The notes under the pieces were generated by a model. It had not been told where the DNA came from. It saw nothing but the letters and a program-made list of their open reading frames with translations, and searched no databases. A DNA stretch of 64,000 nucleotides from Scenedesmus sp. PABB004 (lineage: Eukaryota). The stretch spans positions 248,001 through 312,000 of the forward strand of contig JABVCE010000035.1 of the NCBI GenBank assembly GCA_014905635.1. Direction: 5' to 3'. Positions 12,498 to 24,147 of this stretch are shown here, piece after piece. A program made the position numbers and the translations under genes. Position 1 is the first letter of the stretch. Every line of letters starts with the position of its first letter.

Positions 12498-15020
12498 ATG
12501 CTGCTGAGGGCGGCGGCCGGCAGCAGTGCCGCGCCGGCGGGCGCCCGCCGCGCGGCGCCGCTGCCGCCACGGGCGGCCGGCGGCGGCCCCGGGACGGCCC
12601 GCCCGCCGCCGGTGCTGCACGCGCTGACGAGCCGCATCAAGCACGCCGGCAGCGTCGCGGAGCTCGCATGCCTGCACGCGGCGCACCGGGGCGAGTGGGA
12701 CGATGTCGCGCTGTCGGCCTTCCTGGGCCGCCTCGCGCACATCGCCGGCGACGCCGGGCGGCGGCGCTGGGGCCGCGCCGCCGAGCAGCAGGAGCTGCAG
12801 CAGGAGCAGGAGCAGGAGCAGGAGCAGCAGCAGCAGGAGCAGAGCTGGGGCCCGGCCGCGGCCGCGCGGCAGCGGCTGAGCGACCAGCTGGCGGGCTCGC
12901 CCGGGGGGCAGCAGCAGCTCGTGGCGGCGCTGCGGGAGGACCTGCAGGCCCTCGCGCCGCGCATGCGCCCGCGCGCGCTGTCAGCGACGCTGTGGGCGCT
13001 CGCGCGGCTGGCGCCGGCGGCGCCGCCGCCGCGGCGCCTCGTGGCCGCGCTGCTGGCGCGCGCGCGGCACGGCCTGGGCTTTGCCGCGTTTGAGCCCCGC
13101 CAGCTCTGCCTCATTGCCTTCGCGCTCACGCAGCTGCAGCCGCCCGGCGACGGCGATGGCGGCGATGGCGGCGGCGGCGGCGGCGACGCGTGGGAGGCGC
13201 AGCACGGCGACGTCGCCGGCGAGGCGCAGGGCGCCGCGCCGCCGCAGCAGCGGCGGGCGCGCCCGCGCTGGGACGGCGCCCTGCTGGATGAGCTGTTCTG
13301 CGCGCTCGGCGAGGGCCTGCCGGCCTGCGGCGCGCAGGACGCGGCGCAGGCGGTCCTGTGCCTCGCGCGGCTGCGCCACGCGCCGCCGCGCGGCTGGCTG
13401 GCCGCCTGGCTCGCGCGCGCCACGGCGCTGCTGCCGCGCTTCAGCGGCCAGGGCCTGGCCAATGCGGCGTACGGGCTCGCGCGGGCGGTGGAGCTGTCGG
13501 GCACGCCGCCGCAGCAGCAGGGCGGCGGCGGCGGCGGCGGCGCGACGGAGGCCGGCGCGGCACGCGCGTGGCTGCAGGGCGCGGTGCGCGTGGCGGCGCT
13601 GCACCTGCCGGCCCTGCAGCCGCGCGAGCTGCTGGGCCAGCTGCTGCTGGCGTGCGGGCGGCTGGGCGCGGAGCTGCCGCAGCCCGCGGCGGCGCACGTG
13701 CTGGCGCGCGCGCGCGGCATGCTCCGCGAGTGCGACGCGCAGCACCTGGCGCTGGCGCTGTACGTGTTCGCGCTCCTGCGCGCGGCCCCGCCGCCGGACT
13801 GGGTCTCGGCCTACTGGCGCGCGCTGTGGGCCGCCGCGGGCGGCCTGCAGCCGCTGGACCTCTGCCAGCTGCTCTGGGCGGCGCGGCGGCTCGCGCTGCC
13901 GCTGCCGCGCCCGCTCGCGCGCCGCCTGCAGCGCCGCCTGCTGGCGACGGCGGGCGGCGCGCGCGCGGGGCAGCTCGTCAGCGCGCTGCACAGCTGCGCG
14001 GGCCTCGGGCTGCGCCTGCCGCCGCGCTTCCTGGCGCGGATGCAGGGCGCGCTGCTCGCGCGCCTGCCCGAGTTTGGCCCCCGCGACCACGCGGGCCTGC
14101 TCGTCGCGCTCGCGGCGGCGCGCGCCGCGCCCGACGCGGCGTGGCTCGACCGCGTGCTCGCGGCGGCGGCGCCGCAGCTGGCCGCGTTCTCGCCCGCACA
14201 GCTCGGCGCCGCGGCGGGCGCGGTCGCGGCGCTCGCGCACGCGCCCGCGCGGCCGTGGCTGGCGCAGCTGCTGCGCGCGAGCCTGCCGCGCCTCGCGGCG
14301 ATGGACGCGTGCCAGCTCACGCGGCTCGCGTGGGCGCTGTCGCGCTGGCAGTGCGTGCCCAGCCCGCTGTGGCGCGCGAGCTTCTGGGAGGCGTCGCGCG
14401 CGCGCCTCGGCGCCGCGACGCCGCCGCAGCTCGCGGCGCTCGCCGCCGCGCTCGCCGCGCTGCGCCTCGCGCCGCCGCCCGCGTGGCTGGCCGCGCTGGC
14501 GGCGGTGGAGGGCGCGATCGGCGGCTTCTCCTCGGGCCAGCTCCTGGGCACGCTGCGCGCGCTCGCGGCGCTGCAGGCGCGCGGCGCCGCGCAGGCGGCG
14601 CTCGCCGCCGCGGCGCCGAGCGGCGGCGCGCGGCGGGCGCTGCCGCTGCCAGGCGCGGTGCTCATTGCTGGCGGCAGCAGCGGCGGCGGCCGCGCGCTGC
14701 GCGCGCCCGGGGCGCACCTCACGCCGGGCCAGCAGGTCGAGGCGATGTTCGCTGCCGGCGGTCCGCACGCGCGGTGCTCGCTGCCGGCGGGCGCGGTGCG
14801 CGCGCTGCGGCTGCAGCGCCAGCAGGCGCCGTCGCTCACGCTGCCCGGCGCGCTGGGAGTGCCGGGAGCGGCGGCGGCGACGCAGCCGCCGGGCGCCGTG
14901 GCGGCGGAGGCCTACGGCATAGCCTGCCTCGTCGTGCTCATGCCCGACTGGCTGCAGCACCGCGTCGCGCACTGGCCGCGCGAGCTGGCAGCGGAGCGCG
15001 CCGCGCTGCCGGCGCGCTGA
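12498..15020 (+). CDS. Octotricopeptide-repeat (OPR)-like helical repeat protein, probably an organellar RNA-binding factor; intronless
   Basis: 840 aa ORF with a transit-peptide-like N terminus and degenerate ~38-aa repeats (FEPRQLCLIAFALTQL, FSGQGLANAAYGLAR, CDAQHLALALYVFALLRAAPPPDW, MDACQLTRLAWALSRW..PSPLW) carrying PPPxW motifs. Confidence 0.8.
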   Translation: MLLRAAAGSSAAPAGARRAAPLPPRAAGGGPGTARPPPVLHALTSRIKHAGSVAELACLHAAHRGEWDDVALSAFLGRLAHIAGDAGRRRWGRAAEQQELQQEQEQEQEQQQQEQSWGPAAAARQRLSDQLAGSPGGQQQLVAALREDLQALAPRMRPRALSATLWALARLAPAAPPPRRLVAALLARARHGLGFAAFEPRQLCLIAFALTQLQPPGDGDGGDGGGGGGDAWEAQHGDVAGEAQGAAPPQQRRARPRWDGALLDELFCALGEGLPACGAQDAAQAVLCLARLRHAPPRGWLAAWLARATALLPRFSGQGLANAAYGLARAVELSGTPPQQQGGGGGGGATEAGAARAWLQGAVRVAALHLPALQPRELLGQLLLACGRLGAELPQPAAAHVLARARGMLRECDAQHLALALYVFALLRAAPPPDWVSAYWRALWAAAGGLQPLDLCQLLWAARRLALPLPRPLARRLQRRLLATAGGARAGQLVSALHSCAGLGLRLPPRFLARMQGALLARLPEFGPRDHAGLLVALAAARAAPDAAWLDRVLAAAAPQLAAFSPAQLGAAAGAVAALAHAPARPWLAQLLRASLPRLAAMDACQLTRLAWALSRWQCVPSPLWRASFWEASRARLGAATPPQLAALAAALAALRLAPPPAWLAALAAVEGAIGGFSSGQLLGTLRALAALQARGAAQAALAAAAPSGGARRALPLPGAVLIAGGSSGGGRALRAPGAHLTPGQQVEAMFAAGGPHARCSLPAGAVRALRLQRQQAPSLTLPGALGVPGAAAATQPPGAVAAEAYGIACLVVLMPDWLQHRVAHWPRELAAERAALPAR

Positions 15021-15352
15021 CGCGCGTGCGGGCGGCCGCGAGGCGGGCTGCTGCTGCCGGCGGCGTTGCTGCCGCTGGCGCTGTGCATGCTGCACGCGCG
15101 TGTGTGCGCCGCGCTGCGAGACGCGCGGGCGCCGTGCTTTGAAACTGGTGGGCTTTGCCGCCAACCCCTCCCGCGCCTCGCGCGGGGCGCCCTCCTCGGC
15201 CTGCCAACTGGCCTAGCACGCACGCGGCAAGCAGGAAGGAAAGCGGTCCGCCGACTGCCCACCGCGCGCCGCCGCCCGCCGCCACTCCTGCGGCTCGCTG
15301 CGCGGGCGTCCGCGCGCCGCGGCTCGCCGCTCGTGCCCGGCGCCTGGCTCGC

Positions 15353-18022
15353 TCACTGCCGTCCGTCCTTCATCCAGCGCGTCGCGATGTACTTGGCGCC
15401 CCGCAGCACCGTGTCGGCCGCGTGGATGCTGTTGGGGTCCTCGCTGCCGTCGGGGCGCTTCGACCTGCGCACGGGCGGCGCGCGCTCGCGAGCGCGGCGC
15501 GGCGCGGCGCGGCGCGGCGCGGCGCGGCGCGCGGCGTGGCCGCCGCACCAGAACACCACGGCGCGGCCCTGCACGGGAAAGACCTTGACGCCGCGCCCGC
15601 CGGGGCCGAGGCTCACGCACGGCGGCAGCGCGCCGCGGCCGGCCGGCTCGCCGCACGGCTCGTCGCCGGGCTCGGGCTCGTCGCCGCGCCGCGCGGGGCC
15701 GGTGATGGCGCGGCTGAAGCTCGTCGCGCCGCCCGCGGGGTGTCGCAGAGATACACAATGATGGTCGCCGCGCGGCTCAGCGGCGCGTCTGCGCGCGGCG
15801 GCGCCGCGGCGGCGGCCACGGCTCACCGGCGGCGCCGAGCCAGCGGGGCGTGCGCTGAGCGCGCGCCGCGCTGCGCTGCGCTGCGCTGCGCTGCGCTGTC
15901 TGGCGCCTGCCGCCGCCGCGCCGGGCGCGCACCGGCGCGGTTGTCGTAGTGCTCGTGGTAGAACTCGCCCTCGTGGTACTTGACGACTGCGGCGGGGCGG
16001 CGGCGGCAGCGGGGCGGCGGGGGACCGAGCTTGGAGTGCCGGCGCGGGCGGCGCGGGGCCGGGCGCGGGCGCGCGTGCGCGGTGGGCGCGGGCAGTCCCG
16101 GGATCGCCGCCGCGCCGCGCGGCGCGCGGCAGGCGCCGCACCCTGCATCGCCTCGACCTTGGCGAGCGGCGGGTGCGGGCCGCGCAGCGCGGCGCAGCCG
16201 AAGAGCGCCTCGACGCGCGCCTCGGCCGCGGCGACGAGCTCGTGCCGCGCCGCCTCTTTGACGAAGAAGTGGGACCAGCTGGTGCGGCTGGGCGTCTCCG
16301 AGCCTGCGTGCACAGGTACAGGCGGCGGCGCGCGGGCGGGCGTGCGCGCTCGGCTGCGTGGGCGCCGGGCGCCCGGCGCAGCCGCGCGCCCTGGAAGAGC
16401 GGCGGCGCTCGCGAGTGCCGCGCGTGCGAGCGAGGCCTGCAGGCCACTGCGCCCGCGCGGCGCGCACCCGACGCGACGCGGCTGCGCACGAGGCGGCCCT
16501 CCGCCAGGGCCATGAGGCCGCGGCAGAGCCCCGGCTCAAAGAAGCCGTCGACGACCAGCAGCCGCGGCGAGTGCGAGAGCAGCACCGCCTCCAGCTGCCG
16601 CGGCGGCGGCGCGCCGAGCGCGCCGAGCGCGCGCGCGGGCAGCGCCGCCGCCGCGGCGGGCGCGCCGCCGCGCTCGCCGGCGGGCGCCAGGCCCGCCGCG
16701 CCAGGCGCGCCGGCGGCGGCTGCGGGCCCGGCCGCGGCCGGCAGCAGCCGCACCTCCGCCGCGCTCACCACGACGCTCACGCCCGCCGCGACGGCAGCCG
16801 GAGGCAGCGCGAGCGGCAGCTCTGTGCGCGCGGGCGGCAGGCAACGCGCGCGCGCGTGAGCGTCGGCCCGAGACCAGCGCAGCGCGACACTTCCCGCCCC
16901 CGCACACCTGCGGCATCGCCGCTGCCCTGCAGCACTGCCACAAAGTCTGTGCCGCTGCCGTCGCTGGCCGTGGCGACGGCGTCGCCGGCCAGCATCGCGT
17001 GCGCGGCGCCGCTGACGACCGCCGCGCAGCCAGTGAGCAGGCCCCGCGCCGCGGCGGCCGCGCTGCCGGGCCCGCCGGCGCGGCGTCGCCGAGCGCCGCC
17101 GGGAGCGCCTGCGGCGGGCACAGCATGCGCAGCGCGAGGCGCCGCCCGGCGCCGCCAGGCGCGGCGGGGCGCAGCAGCAGGCACCACTCGGTCGACGCGC
17201 GCAGCGCCGCGGCGCCGCCGCGCGCGTCGACCTCGCCGCCCCGGGGCAGCACGGCGGGCAGCACAAAGGCGGGGCTGGCCAGCTCGGTGCCGGTCGGCTG
17301 CTGCGGGGGCAGCACCCACGCCACGCGCTCTGCGGCCGGCGCGGGCGCGGGCGCAGGCGCGGCGCGTCAGCGGCGGCGGGCCTGCCGGCGCATGCAGGCG
17401 GTGGCGCGGCGCGCGGCGCCGCCCCTCGCCGCGCACCCGCGGGGCCGCCGCCGCCGCCGCCGGGCTGCAGCAGCAGCCGCCCGGCCTGCGCGCCCGGCGG
17501 CGCCCCGGCCGCGGCGCCCGCCGTGTCGACAGGGAAGGTCAGGGGCAGCCCGGCGGCCGCTGCGGGCGCGCGCGCGCGCGCGGGGCGTGCGGATCGGGGC
17601 GGCGCCGGGGTCGCGCCGGCGCGGCGTGCTGCAGCGCTCAGCGGCGGCGCGCGCGCCGCCCGGCCCGCCCCCCTCACACCGTGCGCGGCCGCCTCGTCCG
17701 CCTCGTCGTCGTCGGCGCCGGCGAGCAGCGCCGGCACGTCGTCGCCGGCGCCGGCGTCACCGAGGTCGGGCGGCGCGCCGCTGCCGGCGCCGGCGGCGGC
17801 GAGCGGGCCGGCCACGTACGCGGCTGCGCCCGCGCTTGGGCCCACGCGGCGGCCGCCCTGGTCGCGGTGCGCGGCGCCGTCGCTCCAGCCGGGCAGCGGC
17901 GGGGGCGGCGCGGCGCCGCCGCCGGCGCCGGCCTTGCTGCCGGGCGCGCCGCGCTGCGCCGCGCCGCCGCCGTCGCCCGGCAGGGCGTCCTGGCCGTCCA
18001 GCGTGCTCAGCGTGTTGCCCAT
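15353..18022 (-). CDS. Prolyl 4-hydroxylase-like 2OG-Fe(II) dioxygenase with long N-terminal extension; multi-exon, one apparent frameshift
   Basis: LSHSPRLLVVDGFF..C..L..LVRSRV; SRTSWSHF; VVKYHEGEFYHEHYD (HxD); RAATIIVYLCD..GGATSF; GRAVVFW; DPNSIHAADTVLRGAKYIATRW (distal His and Lys). Starts MGNTLS. Confidence 0.85.
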   Translation of the reverse strand: MGNTLSTLDGQDALPGDGGGAAQRGAPGSKAGAGGGAAPPPPLPGWSDGAAHRDQGGRRVGPSAGAAAYVAGPLAAAGAGSGAPPDLGDAGAGDDVPALLAGADDDEADEAAAHGVRGAGRAARAPPLSAAARRAGATPAPPRSARPARARAPAAAAGLPLTFPVDTAGAAAGAPPGAQAGRLLLQPGGGGGGPAGARRGAAPRAAPPPACAGRPAAADAPRLRPRPRRPQSAWRGCCPRSSRPAPSWPAPPLCCPPCCPGAARSTRAAAPRRCARRPSGACCCAPPRLAAPGGASRCACCARRRRSRRRSATPRRRARQRGRRGAGPAHWLRGGRQRRRARDAGRRRRRHGQRRQRHRLCGSAAGQRRCRRCAGAGSVALRWSRADAHARARCLPPARTELPLALPPAAVAAGVSVVVSAAEVRLLPAAAGPAAAAGAPGAAGLAPAGERGGAPAAAAALPARALGALGAPPPRQLEAVLLSHSPRLLVVDGFFEPGLCRGLMALAEGRLVRSRVASGARRAGAVACRPRSHARHSRAPPLFQGARLRRAPGAHAAERARPPARRRLYLCTQARRRPAAPAGPTSSSKRRRGTSSSPRPRRASRRSSAAPRCAARTRRSPRSRRCRVRRLPRAARRGGDPGTARAHRARAPAPGPAPPAPALQARSPAAPLPPPPRRSRQVPRGRVLPRALRQPRRCAPGAAAAGARQRSAAQRSAARRALSARPAGSAPPVSRGRRRGAAARRRAAEPRGDHHCVSLRHPAGGATSFSRAITGPARRGDEPEPGDEPCGEPAGRGALPPCVSLGPGGRGVKVFPVQGRAVVFWCGGHAARRAAPRRAAPRRARERAPPVRRSKRPDGSEDPNSIHAADTVLRGAKYIATRWMKDGRQ

Positions 18023-18663
18023 GTCGCGCGCGCGCGCGCGCGGGCGGCGAGGCGCACGCGCGTGGTGCGGCGTGCGGCGGCGTGCAGCGGCGTCCGGCGT
18101 GCGGCTGGCAAGGTGGGGGCGGCGGCGGGGCGGCTGTGCCTGCAGCGCCCGCGGCGGCGGCGACGCGCGATCGGGTCGGTTGAGAACCGCCGCTGCCGCG
18201 CGTCATCGGCGCGTGCGCACAAAAGGCGCGCTCCGCCCAACTCCGCACGGATTCCGGCTGGTTTCCAGCTCCACGCACCGACCGTGGCAGCGCCCCCGAC
18301 ACACCGCGCCCGCACCTCGCGGGCGCGCGCCCGTCCCGCGCGAGGCGCGCACGCTGGCCTGCGGCTGGGGCGCGTGAACGGGGACACGAGAGACCCCCGA
18401 ACGCGACGCGACAGGTACGGCGGGCGCGCGGCGCGGCGCCGAGGCGGGCTGGGCGCTCGCGCTCCCGCGCGGGCGCCCCCGCGCCTGCGCGGCGCGGCGG
18501 GGCGCGGGGCGACCGGGACGGGACGCGGTGATCGCGTGGTGGTCTGTGGGCGCGCTGGGAGGTGGGGCGCGGCGCGAGCGCGTCACAGCTCGTGTGGGAG
18601 CAGTCGCATGCTGCGGGGCCGCGATCTCCGCGCCGCCCGCGCGCCGCGTGCCCCGCGGGTGCC

Positions 18664-21600
18664 ATGGCGACGCGGCTGTGGGGAAGCCTGGAGTTCCTGA
18701 GCCGGCGCGGCAGCGGCGCGACGGCCGACGAGGACGCGGGCGAGGCCGGCGCGCGCAAGTCGCGCGTGCCGACGCTGTGCGCCATGCGCCCGCGCTCCCA
18801 CAACGGTGCCACGCCGCCCACGGCGCCGTGGGCGCCCGCCGACGCCGGCAACGAGGGCGGCGACGACGGCGGCGCCGCGCAGCGCGGCGCGGCGAACGGC
18901 AGCACGCCCAGCGCCCCGGCGGCCGGCGGCGCGGGCGCCGCGCCGGCGGCCTGGCCCACGACGCCGCAGGAGGCGGCCGACCGGCGCGCCGCCGGCAGCG
19001 CCGTCGGTGCGGCTGCCGCGGCGGAGCCGCCCACGGGCGCGTCGCCGCCCCTGCGCCGCCCGCGGGCGCGCCGCCGCCGGCGCCGCAGCAGGCCTCGGCG
19101 CCCGCGGGCGCCGACGCCCCCGACGACGGCGGCGGCGGCGCGGGCGGCGGCCAGCCGCCCGCGCTGCAGCAGCCGCCCTCGCTGCAGTATCAGCAGGGCG
19201 CTTTCGGCCCCGGCACGCCGCCGCACGGCGTCGCGGGCAGCCCCTTCCCGCCGCCGGCCTACCCGCCCGCCGCCGACGCGGCGGAGGCGATGGCGGCCGC
19301 GGCAGCCGCGCGCCTGCCGGGCGGCCTCGGCGGCGGCGGCTTTGGCGGCGCCGCCGACGGCGCGGGTCTGCTGCTCGGCGGCGTGCCCGACCTCGGCCTC
19401 CTGCTGCCCGCGGCGGCGGGGGCGCGCTGCCGCCCGGCGCCGAGCTGCAGCTGCTGCTGGGCGAGCTGCAGCGCGCGGCCGGGCTCAACGAGCAGCAGGC
19501 GCGAGGCCGCGGCCGCGCCGCGCGCTGCTCGCCGCGCACCGCGCGCGCGCGCGCTGCGCCCGCCCGCCCGCCCGCCCGTCCGCCCGCCCGCCCGCCCGCC
19601 CGCCCGCCCCAGGGCCCGGCGGCGCGCCCCGCCCTGACTGCGCCGCGCCACGCCGCGCCGCTGCGCCACCCGCCGCAGGCCGCCGCCGCGGCGTCGCTGC
19701 TGCAGCGCTTTGCGCCGGGTGCGTCGCCGGGCGCGTACGACCCCGGCACGCCGTCGCGCGCCGCCTGCGGCGCCTGGCCCCCGACCGCGGCGGCGGCGCC
19801 CAATCCCTTCCTCGCCCCCGGCGGCCCCACGCCCTCCGCCTTCGCCGCCGCCGCGGGCGGCTTTGGCGCCGCGAGCGCCGCGCTCGCCGCGTTTGACGCC
19901 GCCGGCGGCGGCCTCGCCGGCGGCGCCGCGCTTCTGAGCGCGGGCGGCGGCTTCGCGGGCCCCGCGCTGCCGCCGTTTGCCATGGGGCTCGGCCCCGGCT
20001 TTGACAGCGCGAACAGCAGCGCCGCCGCCAACGCGGTGCCCGGGCTGCCGCCCGGCGGCGACGCCGGCAGCGGCAGCGCGGGCGCGAGCGGCAGCGGCTT
20101 TGCCGCCATGGGCGGCGCCGCCGGCTTCGCGACCCTCGCCGCGTTTGCCCTCGACGGCCTCGATGTGCCCGGCACCGCTCAGGCGGGGGAGCGCGGGGGA
20201 CGCGCGTGGCGCGCGCGCGCGCGCGCGGCGCGCCCAGCGCCGAGCCCACCCTGCCGCCGCCGCCGCCGCTGCTGCGCGGCAGGTCGCGGTGCACAACGTG
20301 CCGTTCAAGTGGTGCAACGCCGACCTCGAGTCCCTCTTCCGCTGCCTGCCCGGCTACCTCGACGCGCAGCTGCTCTTCCACGAGAACGGGCGCTCCAAGG
20401 TGCGGCGGCGGCGGCTGCACGTTGGACGGCCCGCGGCGTTGCCCGCGCGCTGCCGGCTGTCGCCGCCGCCGCGCTGGCGCTGCGCTCACGCGCGCGCCCG
20501 CGCCCGCGCGCCGCGCCGCGCCGCGCGCCAGGGCGTGGGCGTCGCGCTGTTCGCGGACACCGCCGCCGCGGGCGAGGCGTGCGCGCGGCTCGGCGGCGCG
20601 CAGGCTGACGGCCGCAAGCTGGAGCTCGTCCTGATGAGCCCCGACAACCACATCAGCTTCTCCTGCAAGCAGGCGCGCTTGCAGGGCTGCCCGCTGTGCG
20701 CCGCGCGCCGCGCCGCCGCTCACGGCCCATACGCCACGCCGCCGCGCCGCCGCGCCGCGCGCGCGCGCGCGCCAGGTCGCGGTGCTGGGGCTGCCGTGGG
20801 AGTACACCAAGGACGACGTGCGCGCGCTGATCGAGGCCGCGGCCGAGGCGGAGGGCCAGCCGCCGGCCGAGGCGGGCGTGGAGGCGGTGGAGGTCGCGTA
20901 CCGCGACGACGGCAAGAGCGAGGTGCGCGCTGGGGCGAGCTGCGCCAGGCGCGGCGCCGCACCGGGCCGCCGCGCCCGCGCCCGCGCCTGCGCCTGCGCC
21001 CAACGCGCCGCGCTCACGCGCCGCGCCCACGCGCTGCGCCTGCGCCGCGCCAGGGCCGTGCGATCGCGACGTTCCGCTCGCGCCGCCAGGCGCACGACGC
21101 CATCACGCGCCTGCACGGCCGCGAGACGCTCGCGGGGCTACGCATGCGCCTGTTTTATCTGCACGAGCAGCAGCAGCGCCAGCACCTGCTCGCGCAGCCC
21201 CCGCCGCCGCCCCGCCGCCGGGCGCGGGCCTCGGCCTGCCCGGCGCGCTGGCGGGGCTCGGCCTGGGCCTGGGCGGGCTGGGGCTGGGGCTCGTCCCCGA
21301 CACCAGCGGCGCGCCGGGCGCCGCGGTGGCGGCGGCGGCCGTCGGCGGCGCGCGGCCCGACCCCGGCCGCGCGCCCGCCGCGCCGGCTGGCACGCCGCCC
21401 GCCGGCGGCGGCTCCGGCGCCGCCGCGGGCGGCAACGCCGACGGCAGCGACGCCTCCGCCGGCCCGCGCGCGAGCGACACCGGCGGCGGCGCGACGCCCG
21501 GCGGCGACGAGGCCTCAAGCGCGCGCAGCAGCTTCGACAAGGACCAGGGCCCCGTGGTGCGGCCGCGCTGCCGCCGCCGGCCGCGGCGCCTGCTGCCGCT

Positions 21601-24147
21601 GCTGCGCGCGCGCGCGCAAGCTTATCGCCCGCCCGCGCGCGCGCCGCCCCCGGCCCACACCGCCCCTTTCCTGCCCCCCAGATCCTGCACGTCAGCGGGC
21701 TCATGGAGAGCACCACGCGCGAGCAGCTGCGCGAGCTCTTCAGCCAGGCGGGCGAGGTCACAAAGGTCGACATCCCCGACGGCGGCCGCAGCATGGTGCG
21801 GCCGCGCCGCGCCGCGCCTCGCCGCCCCCGCGCCGCTGCCCCCACCCACCTGCCCGCTCGCCCGCCCGCCGGCCAGCCGCTCTCTCACCCGCCCACCCGC
21901 CCGCCCGCCGCCCACGTGCACCTCGCAGGGCTACGGCTTCATCACCTTTGCCAACGCCCAGGTAGGTGGGGCGCGGGGCGCGCTGCGCCGCGCCCCGCCG
22001 CCGCAGACTGGCTGGACCCCTGGCCCGCTGCGCGCGCCACGCGCACCGACGCGCGCCCGCGCGCGCCGACGCGCACCGACGCGTGCCGATACCACGCCGC
22101 GCCTCGCCGCCGCCGCCGCCGCCTCGTCCGCCGCCGCGCAGGCCGCTGAGCAGGCGATGCTGCTGTTCAACAACTATCCCCTCAGCGGCGGCGCCATCCA
22201 CGTGGCCTACAGCACCAGCGCGACCGCCAAGGCGCGCCAGCAGGCGCTGCGCCAGGCGCGCCGCGCGACGCTCGGCGCGGCCGCGGCCGGCGGCGGGGCC
22301 GGCCGCCCGAGCCGGGCCAGCTCAGCGCGCCCGGCGACGGCGGCTGGGGCGGCCCGCGCGGCGGCGGCTTTGGCGGCCTCCCCGGGCTCGGCCTGCTCGG
22401 CATGGCCGGCGGCCTCGGCGGCCTCGGCGCGTTTGGGGGCGGCTTCGGCGGCCCCGCACGCCCGCCCGGCTTTGGCGCCGCCCGGCGCGGTGCGAGCCCC
22501 GGCGGCGCGCTGCTGCCCGGCCTGGGCCTCGGCCTGGACGACCCGCTCGGGCCTGGCGGCGCCCTCGGCGGCGGCCTGGGCAGCGGCGTCAGCGGCCTGC
22601 AGGGGCTGGGGCCGGCGCGGCACTCGTTCGACCACCCCGGGTACGCCTCGCCGAGGCTCGGCCCGCCGCGCGGCCGCGCGCCGGGCGCGGGCGGCGCCGG
22701 CCTCGCCCCCGGCGGGCGCGGCGGGCGCGGCGCGGGGTTTGGCCCGCCCGGCGGCGCCATCGGCGGCCTGCCGGGGCAGCTGGGCGGCGGCGGTGGTATG
22801 ATGATGGGCGGCCCGGGCATGCCTGGCCCCGGCGGGCCGGGCGGCTTTGACACGGCGAGCCTGGAGCAGCTGCTGCTGCAGGTCGGCGACGGCGGCTACG
22901 CCGGCTGCCCGCCCGGCGCGTTCGGCCCGCACGCCGGCGCCGCGAGCCCCTTTGCCGGCGGCCGCGCGCCCGGCACGCCGCAGCACGGCGGCGGCGGCTT
23001 TGGCCCGCCCGGGGGCGGCCTGTTCGGCACGCCGGGCCACGCCGGCATGGGCGGCTTTGGCGCGCCCGGCTCCGCTGGGCCTGCCTTTGCGTCGCCCGGC
23101 CTGGGCGGCCTGTTCGGCTTCAGCCCGCACCCGCCGCTGGGCGGCCTCGGGCTGGGCTTTGGCGGCGCCCCGGCTCCGCGCCCGCGGGCTTTGGCCCCGG
23201 CGCGGGCGGCGGCGGCGCGCTCGCGGCGCCGCCGCCCGAGCGCGGGCGGCAGCGGCGGGCAGCCGGGCCGGCAGGTGGTCGCGACGGGGCTGCCGCCGGG
23301 CCTGGGCGAGGCGCAGGTGCAGCAGCTGTTCCAGATCTGCGGCGCCGTGTCGGCGATCAGCAAGCCTGACCAGGACATCGCGCTCGTGACGTTTGACGCG
23401 CCCGAGTCGGCGCGCAAGGCCGTGCAGCTGCTCGACGGCACCACCATGCCCAGCGGCGGCTGCCTCAGCGTCGCGTTCGCGCCGAGCAGCATGCACGGCG
23501 GCAGTGCCGGCGGTGCCTCGGGCGACGGCGGCGGCGGCGGCGACGCCGGCGGCCGCGCCGGCGGCGACGACGCCGGCGGCCGCGGCCGCGGGCTCAACCC
23601 CGCCGCGAGCGCGTACGTGCCCGCCGCCTCTGCTGTCGCCGGCTGGGAGGCCGCCGCCGGCGGCGGCTCCGCGCCGTCGGCGCCCTGGGACGCCGCGCCC
23701 GAGCGGCCGCCCGCGCCCGCGTTTGCCGGCGCGCCTGGCGGCCCTGTCTATGGCCGCCCCGCCAGCAGGGGCTCCCAGGCGGCGCCCAGCCCGCTGCGCG
23801 CCGCGTCGCCCGTGGGCGGTCTGCCGCCGGCCTACAACACGGCAGCCGCCCCGCCCTTCGCTGGCGGCGGCGGCCTGTTTGGCCGCGCGTCGCGCGGCTT
23901 TGCCGCGCCCGGCGGCAACGGCGGCGACGGCCTGGCGCGCAGCCCCGGCGGCGGCGACGGCGGCGACGGCGGGCTGCCGCCGCGCGGCGCGGGCAGCTTC
24001 GGCCGCGACCTCGCCAGCGCGGGTGGCGGCGCGTTCAGCGCGTTTGCCGCGCCCGCCTGGGCGGGGCACAACGGGCGGGCGTCGCCCGCCAGCTCGGCCC
24101 ACAGCTACGCTGGCAGCCCGCGCGCCGCGGGCGCGGGCCAGGCGTGA
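18664..24147 (+). CDS. RNA-binding protein with four RRM domains, Gly/Pro-rich low-complexity regions and a PAM2-like motif; multi-exon
   Basis: RRM1 VAVHNVPF..GVGVALF; RRM2 VAVLGLPWEYT..GRAIATF; RRM3 ILHVSGL..GYGFITF; RRM4 VVATGLPPG..IALVTF; then LNPAASAYVP at 23593-23622. Start codon is tentative. Confidence 0.82.

Noticed and set aside
15737..15740. Programmed ribosomal frameshifting in the P4H gene
   Set aside because: No slippery heptamer, and similar one-base homopolymer defects recur in unrelated genes, which points to assembly error.
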